DNA of 64,000 nt from Candidatus Woesearchaeota archaeon (lineage in GTDB: Archaea > Nanobdellota > Nanobdellia > Woesearchaeales > JAGLXL01): contig DAOWKC010000002.1 of NCBI GenBank assembly GCA_030640025.1, positions 68,029 to 132,028 of the forward strand, in the 5' to 3' direction. Each line of letters starts with the position of its first letter. The first letter of the stretch is position 1. Below, piece by piece: positions 19,368 through 27,980 of this stretch. A program made the position numbers and the translations under genes. The notes beneath the pieces are model-generated. The model did no database searches. It worked only from the letters and a program-made list of their open reading frames with translations, and was not told the DNA's origin.

Positions 19368-19948
19368 GCAAAGAAAATTTATTGAAAGTGCGGGCGATGA
19401 AAAAGAAGAAACAGCCAGTTTTTAGAAGACAAGAGATTACTAAAAAGAAAAAAACAAGGAATAATCCAAGCTGGAGAAGGCCAAAGGGCATCCAATCAAA
19501 ATTAAGATTAAATAAAAAAGGGCATGAAGCCAAACCAAGAAAAGGCTGGGGCTCACCTAAAGAAGTAAGGGGTTTGCATAAATCTGGATTAAATTTTGTT
19601 TTAGTCTGCAGTTTTAATGATTTAAATAATCTGAAAAAAGAAGAAGATGGTGTAGTGATCGGCAGTAAAGTCGGCAAAAGAAAAAAATTAGATTTGATTA
19701 AAAAAGCTGAAGAAAAAGGTTTGCAGATTTTGAATATTAGAGATACAAAAGCTTTTGTTGAGAAAGTCAAGAAAGAAAGAGAAGAATCAAAAAAGAGGAG
19801 TGAAGAAAGAAAGACTAAAGCAGAGAAAAGCAAGAAAAAAGCCAAGCCAAAGGAAGCAAAGAAAGAAACAAAAGAAGAAGTGAATGAAGAAGACAAGAAG
19901 AAAGAAGATAAAAAGGAAAAAGATAAAATTTTGACTAAGAAGAGCTAA
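19364..19948 (+). CDS. rpl32e: ribosomal protein eL32 with ~60-aa K/E-rich C-terminal extension
   Basis: L32e core (KQPVFRRQEITKKKKTRNNPSWRRPKGIQSKLR) plus a lysine/glutamate tail. Confidence 0.85.
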   Translation: MSKENLLKVRAMKKKKQPVFRRQEITKKKKTRNNPSWRRPKGIQSKLRLNKKGHEAKPRKGWGSPKEVRGLHKSGLNFVLVCSFNDLNNLKKEEDGVVIGSKVGKRKKLDLIKKAEEKGLQILNIRDTKAFVEKVKKEREESKKRSEERKTKAEKSKKKAKPKEAKKETKEEVNEEDKKKEDKKEKDKILTKKS

Positions 19949-19949
19949 A

Positions 19950-20411
19950 ATGGAATTAAAAAATCAAAAAAGGTTAGCTGCGGAAATTTTGAAATGTTCA
20001 ACCAAGAAGATTCACTTTGATCCTGAAAATCTGGGTGATATCCAAGAAGCAATCACCAGAGCAGATATTAAATCCTTGATTAATCAGGGAATTATTTCAG
20101 TTAAGAAAAAAGGTTATAATTCAAGAGTACGGGCAAGAAAAATTTTGAGACAAAAGAGAAAGGGCAGCCGGAGAGGAGCAGGAAGCAGAAAAGGAAGCAA
20201 GTATGCAAGATTAGGGAAGAAAGAAGCCTGGATGTCCAAAATCAGAGCTCAAAGAGAACTTTTGAAAAAATTAAGAGACCGTGAGATGATTGAGAAAAAA
20301 ACCTATCGAGATTTATATTTGAAAGCCAAAGGCGGCTTTTTCAGAAATAAAAGACACATTAAGTTGTATATGGAAGAACATAAACTATTGAAAGATGAGA
20401 AAAAAGCCTAA
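19950..20411 (+). CDS. rpl19e: ribosomal protein eL19
   Basis: L19e family (KRLAAEILKCSTKKIHFDPE...). Confidence 0.85.
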   Translation: MELKNQKRLAAEILKCSTKKIHFDPENLGDIQEAITRADIKSLINQGIISVKKKGYNSRVRARKILRQKRKGSRRGAGSRKGSKYARLGKKEAWMSKIRAQRELLKKLRDREMIEKKTYRDLYLKAKGGFFRNKRHIKLYMEEHKLLKDEKKA

Positions 20412-20883
20412 AGTAGTAGCATTCAGAAGAGTAAGACAAGGAAAAACTGATTACCGGAAACGGTTGAAGTTTTTATCAGCTGGCAAACCAAGGTTAGTTA
20501 TTAGAGTAACTTTGAGTAAGATTATTGGCCAGATTATTGGCTATAATCCAGAAGGCGACAAGGTTTTAGCAGGATTGAGCTCCCAAGCTTTGGAGAAATT
20601 AGGTTGGCAAGGAAGCAAGAAAAATCTGCCAGCAGCTTATTTGACTGGATATTTATTGGCTAAAGAAGCAGTGAAAAAAGGTGTTAAAGAAGTTATTTTA
20701 GATATTGGTTTTAAGCCGTCGATTAAGGGCAATAAAATTTATGCTTGTGTAGCTGGAGCAATTGAAGGTGGTTTAGGAATTAATTGTGATAAGGAAATGC
20801 TGCCAGCAGAAGACAGGATTAAAGGCAAACACATTAAACCGGAAATTGAAAAAATGTTTGAAGAGGTTAAAAAGAAGATCTAA
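20395..20883 (+). CDS. rpl18: ribosomal protein uL18
   Basis: L18/L5e family (RRVRQGKTDYRKRLKFL...). Confidence 0.85.
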   Translation: MRKKPKVVAFRRVRQGKTDYRKRLKFLSAGKPRLVIRVTLSKIIGQIIGYNPEGDKVLAGLSSQALEKLGWQGSKKNLPAAYLTGYLLAKEAVKKGVKEVILDIGFKPSIKGNKIYACVAGAIEGGLGINCDKEMLPAEDRIKGKHIKPEIEKMFEEVKKKI

Positions 20884-20884
20884 A

Positions 20885-21709
20885 ATGGAAAAGGAAAAAC
20901 TACCTGACAAGGAAGAGAGCAAAAGAGAATCAGACCAGGAAGCAGAAGAGTTAGAAGAAAAAGAAATTGTTGAACCAGAAAAAAAGGTTGAGGTAGAAAA
21001 AACACCAACTGAAGTTTTGAAAGAGGGCTGGAAGCCAAAAACTGAACTGGGCAAGAAGGTTTTATCAGGTGGAATTACTGATATTGATGAGATTTTAGAC
21101 CGGGGTAAATTAATCTTAGAACCTGAAATTGTAGAGGTCTTGCTGCCTGAATTGGAAAATGATTTGTTATTGGTTGGTCAGTCGAGAGGTAAGTTTGGCG
21201 GTGGACAGCGGAGAATTTTCAAACAAACACAGAAAAAAACCCCAGAAGGAAATAAGATTTCATTTACAACTTATGCTATTGTAGGCAATAATAATGGTTA
21301 TATTGGCTTGGGCTGGGGCAAGAGCAATGAAACAGTTCCAGCTCGTGATAAAGCGAATAGGGAAGCAAAATTAAGTATTAAAAAAATCAGAAGAGGCTGC
21401 GGAAGCTGGTTGTGCGGATGTAAGAATCCACATTCAATTCCATTTAAGGTTAAGGGTAAAAGTGGATCAGTCATTGTTGAGTTGATACCAGCACCAAAGG
21501 GCAAGGGTTTGATTATTGAAGAAGAATGCGGCAAGATGCTAAAATTAGCAGGCATTAATGATGTTTTTTGTAAAACAACCGGGAAAACCAAAACAAAGAT
21601 TAATTTAGTCAGAGCTTGTTTTAATGCTTTGAAAAATTTGATGGAAGTTAAAGCTAATCCTAATTTTTCCCCGAATGTGGGATTGATGGAAGGGAAGGTA
21701 AAACAATGA
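20885..21709 (+). CDS. rps5: ribosomal protein uS5 with K/E-rich N-terminal extension
   Basis: S5 dsRBD and C-domain (GKFGGGQRRIFKQTQ...). Start at the Met after the L18 stop. Confidence 0.85.
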   Translation: MEKEKLPDKEESKRESDQEAEELEEKEIVEPEKKVEVEKTPTEVLKEGWKPKTELGKKVLSGGITDIDEILDRGKLILEPEIVEVLLPELENDLLLVGQSRGKFGGGQRRIFKQTQKKTPEGNKISFTTYAIVGNNNGYIGLGWGKSNETVPARDKANREAKLSIKKIRRGCGSWLCGCKNPHSIPFKVKGKSGSVIVELIPAPKGKGLIIEEECGKMLKLAGINDVFCKTTGKTKTKINLVRACFNALKNLMEVKANPNFSPNVGLMEGKVKQ

Positions 21710-22053
21710 CTAAAACAGCTGTTATTTTAATCAGGAGCAAGATTGGATTCACTCAAGGAGTTAAAGATACCTTGAAGATGTTGGGCTTTAGAAGAAAAAA
21801 TAATTGTGTGATTTTAGAGGCAAAACCTGAATTAAAAGGTATGATTATTAAAGTAAAAGATTTAGTAACTTGGGGTGAAGTAAGCGAAGAAACTTTGAAA
21901 GAAATGGAAAAAAGGAAGAAAGGTAAAGTGTATTTTTTGCATCCTCCTCGGAAAGGTTTTGGAAGAAAGGGAATCAAAGTACCGTTTAAAGTAGGCGGTG
22001 GATTAGGTTATCGGGGAGATAAGATTAATGATTTGATCAAGAGGATGTTATAA
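21706..22053 (+). CDS. rpl30: ribosomal protein uL30
   Basis: L30 ferredoxin-like fold (AVILIRSKIGFTQGVKDTLKMLGFRRKNNCVILE). Confidence 0.85.
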   Translation: MTKTAVILIRSKIGFTQGVKDTLKMLGFRRKNNCVILEAKPELKGMIIKVKDLVTWGEVSEETLKEMEKRKKGKVYFLHPPRKGFGRKGIKVPFKVGGGLGYRGDKINDLIKRML

Positions 22054-22604
22054 TGGTTGTTGGTAAAAGAAATAAGCGGAGCAGGTATCGCGGAAGCCAC
22101 ACTCATGGCGGCGGAGCCAAGAAGAAGAGGAGAGGAGCTGGCAATCGAGGAGGCCGAGGCAGAGGTGGTTTTGGTAAGAGAGGCCAGCAGAGGATGCCGA
22201 CTGCTCAAGCGCGCAAGGAGAAGTTAGGCAAAAGGGGATTTATTCATCATGGTGTTAAAAAGGATTTGAAAGGTATTAATTTAGGTGATTTTAGTAGATT
22301 GTTGGAGAAAGGTTTGGTTAAAAATGAAGGAGTTGTTGATTTAAATAAATTAGGTTATAAATTACTAAGCAGCGGAGATATCAAAGTTAAAATTCAAGTT
22401 AAAGGCCAGGTTTCCAAAAAGGCTGAAGAAAAAATTATTAAAGCTGGCGGCGAAGTTTTGAAAGAAGCACAGAGAGGCAAAGCCTCTGGTGCCCCTGAAG
22501 GGGAGAAGAAAGTTTCAGAGACACGTGAAGGCGAGCCTCTGGCACCACGTAAAGTGGCTTCAGTGCCTCGCAAGGAGGAGCCTAAAGGTGAAAAAGAACA
22601 ATGA
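22053..22604 (+). CDS. rpl15: ribosomal protein uL15 with ~45-aa C-terminal extension
   Basis: L15 G/R-rich N-terminus. Tail contains the shared QRGKASGAPEGE and KVSETREGEP modules. Confidence 0.85.
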   Translation: MVVGKRNKRSRYRGSHTHGGGAKKKRRGAGNRGGRGRGGFGKRGQQRMPTAQARKEKLGKRGFIHHGVKKDLKGINLGDFSRLLEKGLVKNEGVVDLNKLGYKLLSSGDIKVKIQVKGQVSKKAEEKIIKAGGEVLKEAQRGKASGAPEGEKKVSETREGEPLAPRKVASVPRKEEPKGEKEQ

Positions 22605-23995
22605 GTTTCCTAGATGATTTATTAGCAAATCTGCCCGAAGTCAAGGGGCCAATGCAAAAAAGGCTTTCTTTTAAAGAGAAATTAAAATGGACTTTAGTTG
22701 TTCTCTTGTTGTTTTTTATTATGGGTTTGGTGCCTTTGTTTGGTTTAGGACAAAATGCTCTGCAGCAATTTGAATTTTTATCAATTATCTTAGGTGCTTC
22801 ATTTGGGAGTATTTTATCTTTAGGTATTGGGCCAATTGTAACTGCATCCATTGTTTTGCAATTGTTAAGCGGCTCCGGCATTATGAAGCTGGACCTGACT
22901 TCCCCAGACGGAAGAAAAAGATTTCAAGGACTGCAGAAGGTTTTGTCGATATTTTTTATTGTTTTTGAAGCAGGGATTTATGTTTTTATGGGTGGTTTGG
23001 CGCCAGCAGCGGAATTGGCAGGAACAAGTTTGTTTTTTCAAATAGAGTTGATATTAGTTTTTCAACTTATTTTAGGCGGCATCTTGATTATGTTTATGGA
23101 TGAAGTTGTTTCAAAATGGGGTTTTGGTTCTGGACTTTCTTTGTTTATTGCAGCAGGTGTTTCACAGCAGATTTTCTTAAGAGCGTTGAATCCCTTGCCA
23201 AGTCCATTAAATCCAGAAATTGCTTCAGGAGCGATTCCAGCATTATTTCAATCCTTGACTAGCGGGGATCCAGTAACAGCTGGTCTGCAGATAGCAGCTT
23301 TGGTAAGCACGATTGTAGTTTTCTTGATTGTAGTTTACACGCAGTCAATGAAGGTTGAGATTCCCTTGTCCTTTGGTCGAGTGCGAGGCCATGGGATTAG
23401 ATGGCCATTGAATTTTTTCTATACTTCAAATATTCCAGTAATTTTAGTGGCAGCTTTGTTAGCTAATGTTCAGTTATGGGCGCGATTAGTTGAGAGATGG
23501 ATTGGCCATGCAACTTTTTTAGGCGGCTTTAGCGGCAATACAGCAGTAACCGGGTTAGCAGCCTGGATTAATTCACCAGATATTGTAGGGACTTTAATTA
23601 AAGGCGGTTTAAGGTTGGCAGATATTGGCCAAGCAGGGATTTATGTTTTGATAATGGTAGCTGGTTCAATTGTATTTTCAATATTTTGGATGCAGACAGC
23701 AAATATGGATGCGCGTTCACAAGCAAATCAAATCATGTCATCTGGTCTGCAGATTCCTGGTTTCAGGCGTGATCCTCGGGTTTTAGAAAGTATTTTGAAA
23801 AGATATATCTGGCCATTAACAGTAATGGGTGGAGCAGCAGTTGGTTTAGTGGCAGCTTTAGCTGATTTAACTGGGGCTTTGTCGCGAGGAACTGGTATTT
23901 TGCTGGCAGTCATGATTGTTTACAAGTTATATGAAGAGATTGCCAAGCAGCACATGATGGACATGCATCCAATGATGCGTAAATTCATGGAATGA
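22601..23995 (+). CDS. secY: preprotein translocase SecY
   Basis: 10-TM SecY with conserved segments. Conserved position after L15. Confidence 0.9.
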   Translation: MSFLDDLLANLPEVKGPMQKRLSFKEKLKWTLVVLLLFFIMGLVPLFGLGQNALQQFEFLSIILGASFGSILSLGIGPIVTASIVLQLLSGSGIMKLDLTSPDGRKRFQGLQKVLSIFFIVFEAGIYVFMGGLAPAAELAGTSLFFQIELILVFQLILGGILIMFMDEVVSKWGFGSGLSLFIAAGVSQQIFLRALNPLPSPLNPEIASGAIPALFQSLTSGDPVTAGLQIAALVSTIVVFLIVVYTQSMKVEIPLSFGRVRGHGIRWPLNFFYTSNIPVILVAALLANVQLWARLVERWIGHATFLGGFSGNTAVTGLAAWINSPDIVGTLIKGGLRLADIGQAGIYVLIMVAGSIVFSIFWMQTANMDARSQANQIMSSGLQIPGFRRDPRVLESILKRYIWPLTVMGGAAVGLVAALADLTGALSRGTGILLAVMIVYKLYEEIAKQHMMDMHPMMRKFME

Positions 23996-24133
23996 ATTTA
24001 CGTAGAAAATCTCTAAAAAGATTTTCGTGTGTAAATTTATGGGGTAATCTTTATAAATGAGGGTTAAACTGAGTTAAAATATGAAAATTTCCTTGAAATT
24101 TTCAAGGTTTAAAAACCAGAGGTCTTCAAACAA

Positions 24134-24895
24134 ATGGGATTTTTCGGCAGTTTATTGGATCCGGTATTGAACCCCTTGCTGGGTTTAGGGCCAATCTGGG
24201 CTCTTTTGGTTATTTCAATAATTATTTCTCTGTTAGTTACTTTGGTCTATAAGTTTGCAACTAACCAAGAAAAGATGAAGGAATTAAAGTTAGAGATGAA
24301 AGCAAGCCAGAAGCAAATGAAAGAACTGAAGAATGAGCCAGAGAAAGTGATGGTGATGCAGAAAGAATCCATGAAGAAAAATATGGAATACATGAAGCAT
24401 AGTTTTAAAGCAACTTTGATTACTTTATTGCCGATTTTAATTGTTTTTGGCTGGATGCAGGCGCATTTGGCTTTTATGCCGATTATGCCAGGTGATGAAT
24501 TTACTATTACCACAAGCTTTATTGAAGATTTAGAAGGTGAGGTTGAGATTGTCTTGCCAGAACAAATTGAAAATTTAGGTGAAGATAAACAAGAAGTTAA
24601 AGGTGATGTGGTATGGGGGTTAAAGGCTTTGGAAGAGGGCAGTTATTTTATTGATTTTAAGAATAAAAGAAAGGTGGTTTCAAAAGAAGTTATAGTGAGT
24701 GAGAGTTTGGAATATGCTGAACAGATTGAAGATAAATGGAAAAAAACATTTGGAGTGATTAAAATTGATTATCAGAAAATGACTCCGTTAGGTGAGTTTG
24801 ATATCTTGGGCTGGCAGCCAGGATGGTTAGCTTTATATATTATCTTTTCACTGGTCTTTAGCATGTCTTTGCGAAAGATATTGAGGTTATACTAA
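24134..24895 (+). CDS. DUF106-family membrane protein (archaeal YidC/Oxa1/EMC3-like insertase)
   Basis: Three-TM topology with a coiled-coil cytoplasmic loop (KMKELKLEMKASQKQMKEL). Position after secY, as in other archaea. Confidence 0.6.
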   Translation: MGFFGSLLDPVLNPLLGLGPIWALLVISIIISLLVTLVYKFATNQEKMKELKLEMKASQKQMKELKNEPEKVMVMQKESMKKNMEYMKHSFKATLITLLPILIVFGWMQAHLAFMPIMPGDEFTITTSFIEDLEGEVEIVLPEQIENLGEDKQEVKGDVVWGLKALEEGSYFIDFKNKRKVVSKEVIVSESLEYAEQIEDKWKKTFGVIKIDYQKMTPLGEFDILGWQPGWLALYIIFSLVFSMSLRKILRLY

Positions 24896-24896
24896 A

Positions 24897-25217
24897 ATGG
24901 TAGGAGTTCAGAAAAAATCAAAATTCAAGAAAGTTGACAGGGGGGGTCGTTTTGGCAGATTTAAGTCTAGGCAAAGCAGAAGAATGGTTTCAACTAAAGT
25001 GCCAGGCGGTCGAACTGTAGTTCATTTCAAAGAGAAGCAGCCTTCAAAAGCTAAATGTGGTGGCTGCGGCAAGGTTTTGGCTGGAGTTGCCCGAGCAAGA
25101 CCTCATAAGATGAGAAAAATGGCTAAGACCAAGAAAAGGCCGACTCGCCCATATGGCGGTAATTTATGTTCACCATGTATGAGAAAGAAGATTTTAGCAG
25201 GTGTTCGAAATGTTTGA
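24897..25217 (+). CDS. rpl34e: ribosomal protein eL34
   Basis: VPGGRTVVHFKEKQPSKAKCGGCGKVLAGV...RPYGGNLCSPC matches the L34e zinc-ribbon pattern. Confidence 0.8.
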   Translation: MVGVQKKSKFKKVDRGGRFGRFKSRQSRRMVSTKVPGGRTVVHFKEKQPSKAKCGGCGKVLAGVARARPHKMRKMAKTKKRPTRPYGGNLCSPCMRKKILAGVRNV

Positions 25218-25590
25218 AGTAGGAAGAATGTGCGTTAAGATTGCTGGCAGAGATGCTGGCAAGAAATGTGTGATAGTTGATGTTATTGATGAGAATCATG
25301 TGATGATTGATGGTGAGACTCGACGTCGTAAGTGTAATGTTCAACACTTGGAAGTTTTGGAGCAAGTAATTAAGATTAAGAAAGGGGCTTCTCATGATGA
25401 AGTTGTTAAGGAGTTTGAGAAATTAGGTTTGAAGGCTCTGGTAACTAAGAAAAAGGCTAAGACTGAAAGGCCTAGAAAGGTTAGGAAGAAGAAAGTAAAG
25501 CCTGTTGAAGAGAAAAAAGAAACTGAGAAGCCTAAAGAAGAGAAAACAGAGACTAAAGAAGAAGTAAAGGCTGAAGAAGAAAAAAAATGA
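25201..25590 (+). CDS. rpl14e: ribosomal protein eL14 (KOW) with K/E-rich tail
   Basis: VGRMCVKIAGRDAGKKCVIVDVIDENHVMIDG KOW-like L14e pattern plus a K/E tail. Confidence 0.7.
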   Translation: MFEMFEVGRMCVKIAGRDAGKKCVIVDVIDENHVMIDGETRRRKCNVQHLEVLEQVIKIKKGASHDEVVKEFEKLGLKALVTKKKAKTERPRKVRKKKVKPVEEKKETEKPKEEKTETKEEVKAEEEKK

Positions 25591-26219
25591 CTGAATTGAT
25601 TTACTATCAAGATCAGTATAAAAAAGAGATTGAGGCTAAAGTTCTTAAAATTGAGGGCAATCGAATTCTTTTAGACAAAACAATTTTTATTCCACAAACT
25701 AATACAGAACCAGGAGATTTTGGGAAAATAAATAATATGAGAATTGTAGGTTCTAAAAAAGATGGCAATGATGTTTGGCATATTATTCCAAAACAAACTC
25801 CATTTGAGGTGGATGAAACAGTAAAACTCGAGTTGGATTGGAATAAAAGATTGGCGGCGATGAGATTGCATTCAGCACTTCATTTATTGGCTGGGCCTTT
25901 TGATAAAAACTTTGGAAAAAGACCAGTGGCAGGAACTGTAAAGGGAAATCAAGCGGATTTAGTTTTTAAGGAAGAGGTCTCAGATGAAATTATTAATAAA
26001 TCTTTAGAACAAGCAAACAAAGATATAGAAATGGGTTTAGAAATTAAGAGTTATTGGGATGAAAAACGTGAAGGATTTAGATGGACACAAGTTGGAGAAT
26101 ACATACCAATTCCAGATGGTGGACTTCATGTTAAAAATACCAAGGAAATTGGAAAGATTAGTTTTGTTAGTAAAGAGATGGAAGAAGGAAAACAAAAAGT
26201 TACTATTTCTGTTGAATGA
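25587..26219 (+). CDS. AlaX-like tRNA editing protein (aaRS class II editing/second additional domain)
   Basis: HSALHLL (HxxxH) and later GGLHV motifs resemble the AlaX/ThrRS editing domain. Confidence 0.5.
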   Translation: MTELIYYQDQYKKEIEAKVLKIEGNRILLDKTIFIPQTNTEPGDFGKINNMRIVGSKKDGNDVWHIIPKQTPFEVDETVKLELDWNKRLAAMRLHSALHLLAGPFDKNFGKRPVAGTVKGNQADLVFKEEVSDEIINKSLEQANKDIEMGLEIKSYWDEKREGFRWTQVGEYIPIPDGGLHVKNTKEIGKISFVSKEMEEGKQKVTISVE

Positions 26220-26223
26220 TGAT

Positions 26224-27870
26224 TTATTTTATAAATTCAAATAATTCAGTCAAATTGATTTCTAAAGCTGTAACAGGCATGGTGAGTTCCCAGTTTTTAA
26301 GAACTTCAGGACTGATTTCTCCAATGTAAGCGAGTTTTTTGTCTTGGACTGAGATACGGCCAACACGGCCTGGGATGAAACTGGAGTGTTCGGTTTCTTC
26401 GATGGTATATTCTTTGTCTAAAGTGTGGAAAAAAGCATCCATGATTTGTTTGATTTCTGTATAATCTGTTTTTTCATGACAAAGTAGGATAGAAACTCGT
26501 TGATATTCTTTAACGCCTGTTTCAGTTTCCTTGTCTTTTTTGAAAACAGTGCCGATTTCAAAGATGTTTTGGGGATAATCATGATGTTGGTTTTCAGAGA
26601 GGACTTTTAATCCACTGGGAATGAGCCAGTTTCTGAGATGATTGTAATCACCAAGAGCATTTTTGAGTGGAATAGGTGGATAATCTAAATTCATTTTTTG
26701 ATTTAATTCTTCTTTTGACAAGAGGTGGTATGATTTAGTTTCTTGGAGTTTGAAGCCGACAAGAATGTTTCTGACTTTGATAAGGAATTTTTGAAAAGGA
26801 TCTTCCTGGCCAATAGTGGCGACACTAGGTATTTCCGGCTCGAAGTTTTCATAGCCATAAGCAATGGCAATATCTTCGACTAAATCAATGGGGTGGAGGA
26901 CATCAGCACGGTAAGCAGGAACAAGAGCTTTTTTGTCTTGGTAGCCGTAGCCCATGGCTTCGAGATATTTTTGTAATTGTTTTTCATCCAGGTCAAGGCC
27001 GAGGATTTTGTTAACATAGTTTAGAGAAATTTTCATTTCTTCTGGCTCGAGATTAGGTGAGAGGCAAGTTGTTCTGGGGTAATGAAGTTCTAAAGAATTG
27101 ATTTCACCGCCCATGTCAGCCAGAGCAGTGACGATAATGTTGAGGCATTTTCTTAAGACATTGTAATCAAAACCAGAACATTCAATAAAGACATCTTTGG
27201 TTTGTTCTGAAATTTTGCCAGTTAAATGAGAGTTAATGATTGGCGGCAGGCTGAGGATTTGGTCGTTGGCATCAATAAAGATGGGGAATTTTTCCAAGCC
27301 CTCCAAGAGGTGGCCATAGTCTCTGCCGGTTTTGTGTTGTGATAGAATCTGTAAAGCGGTCATTTCTCGGTCTGATTCTAAAGGTTGAAATTTGATTTGA
27401 TCTGGTTCTCGGGCCAGGTAACGGATTGGGAATTGAATTTTTTCTAAAGGATAGACTCCGATGGCACATTTTTTTCTATTTCGGCCATAAGTGATGTGGA
27501 GTTTTTCCTGGATTTGGATAATCTCTTTGATGTTTTCATCGTTGAATTTGAGATTTTTGACCACAGCACAGGCAGTATATGGTCGGATGTTGGTGACAGA
27601 CGGTTCGATAATGACTCGGTCAGTAGTTTTAGTGACTGGGTAAGGTCTTAAGCCAGGTTTGACTCCAATAAATGAGGAGAAAGCACGGGCAAAGCCTTGT
27701 TCTGAAAGCAGGTCTGGTCTGTTGGGAAAGATTTCAACTATGATTTCATTTTCATTGACTTCTTCGAGGTCAGTGCCAAGCATGGAGATGCGGTCTTGGA
27801 GCTGTTCATCTGGTAATTTCTTGCCGACAAGCATTTCAAAGACTTTTCTGTTTAAGGTTATGCTGGGCAT
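26224..27870 (-). CDS. pheT: phenylalanyl-tRNA synthetase beta subunit (archaeal type)
   Basis: B3/4 and B5 domain patterns. Size (548 aa) and adjacency to pheS. Confidence 0.85.
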   Translation of the reverse strand: MPSITLNRKVFEMLVGKKLPDEQLQDRISMLGTDLEEVNENEIIVEIFPNRPDLLSEQGFARAFSSFIGVKPGLRPYPVTKTTDRVIIEPSVTNIRPYTACAVVKNLKFNDENIKEIIQIQEKLHITYGRNRKKCAIGVYPLEKIQFPIRYLAREPDQIKFQPLESDREMTALQILSQHKTGRDYGHLLEGLEKFPIFIDANDQILSLPPIINSHLTGKISEQTKDVFIECSGFDYNVLRKCLNIIVTALADMGGEINSLELHYPRTTCLSPNLEPEEMKISLNYVNKILGLDLDEKQLQKYLEAMGYGYQDKKALVPAYRADVLHPIDLVEDIAIAYGYENFEPEIPSVATIGQEDPFQKFLIKVRNILVGFKLQETKSYHLLSKEELNQKMNLDYPPIPLKNALGDYNHLRNWLIPSGLKVLSENQHHDYPQNIFEIGTVFKKDKETETGVKEYQRVSILLCHEKTDYTEIKQIMDAFFHTLDKEYTIEETEHSSFIPGRVGRISVQDKKLAYIGEISPEVLKNWELTMPVTALEINLTELFEFIK

Positions 27871-27980
27871 TTTTTATTTGTTTGAAAACCTCCAGTTTTT
27901 AAACACAAAGAAATGCTTTACATTTCTTGTGTCCCAAAAATCTTTGATTTTTCTGGACACTGAAAATTTTTTCAAAATTT

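Noticed and set aside
19336-19896. 186-aa minus-strand ORF
   Set aside because: Antisense to the rpl32e K/E-rich tail. AAG/GAA repeats give open frames on the opposite strand (Phe/Leu/Ser-rich translation).
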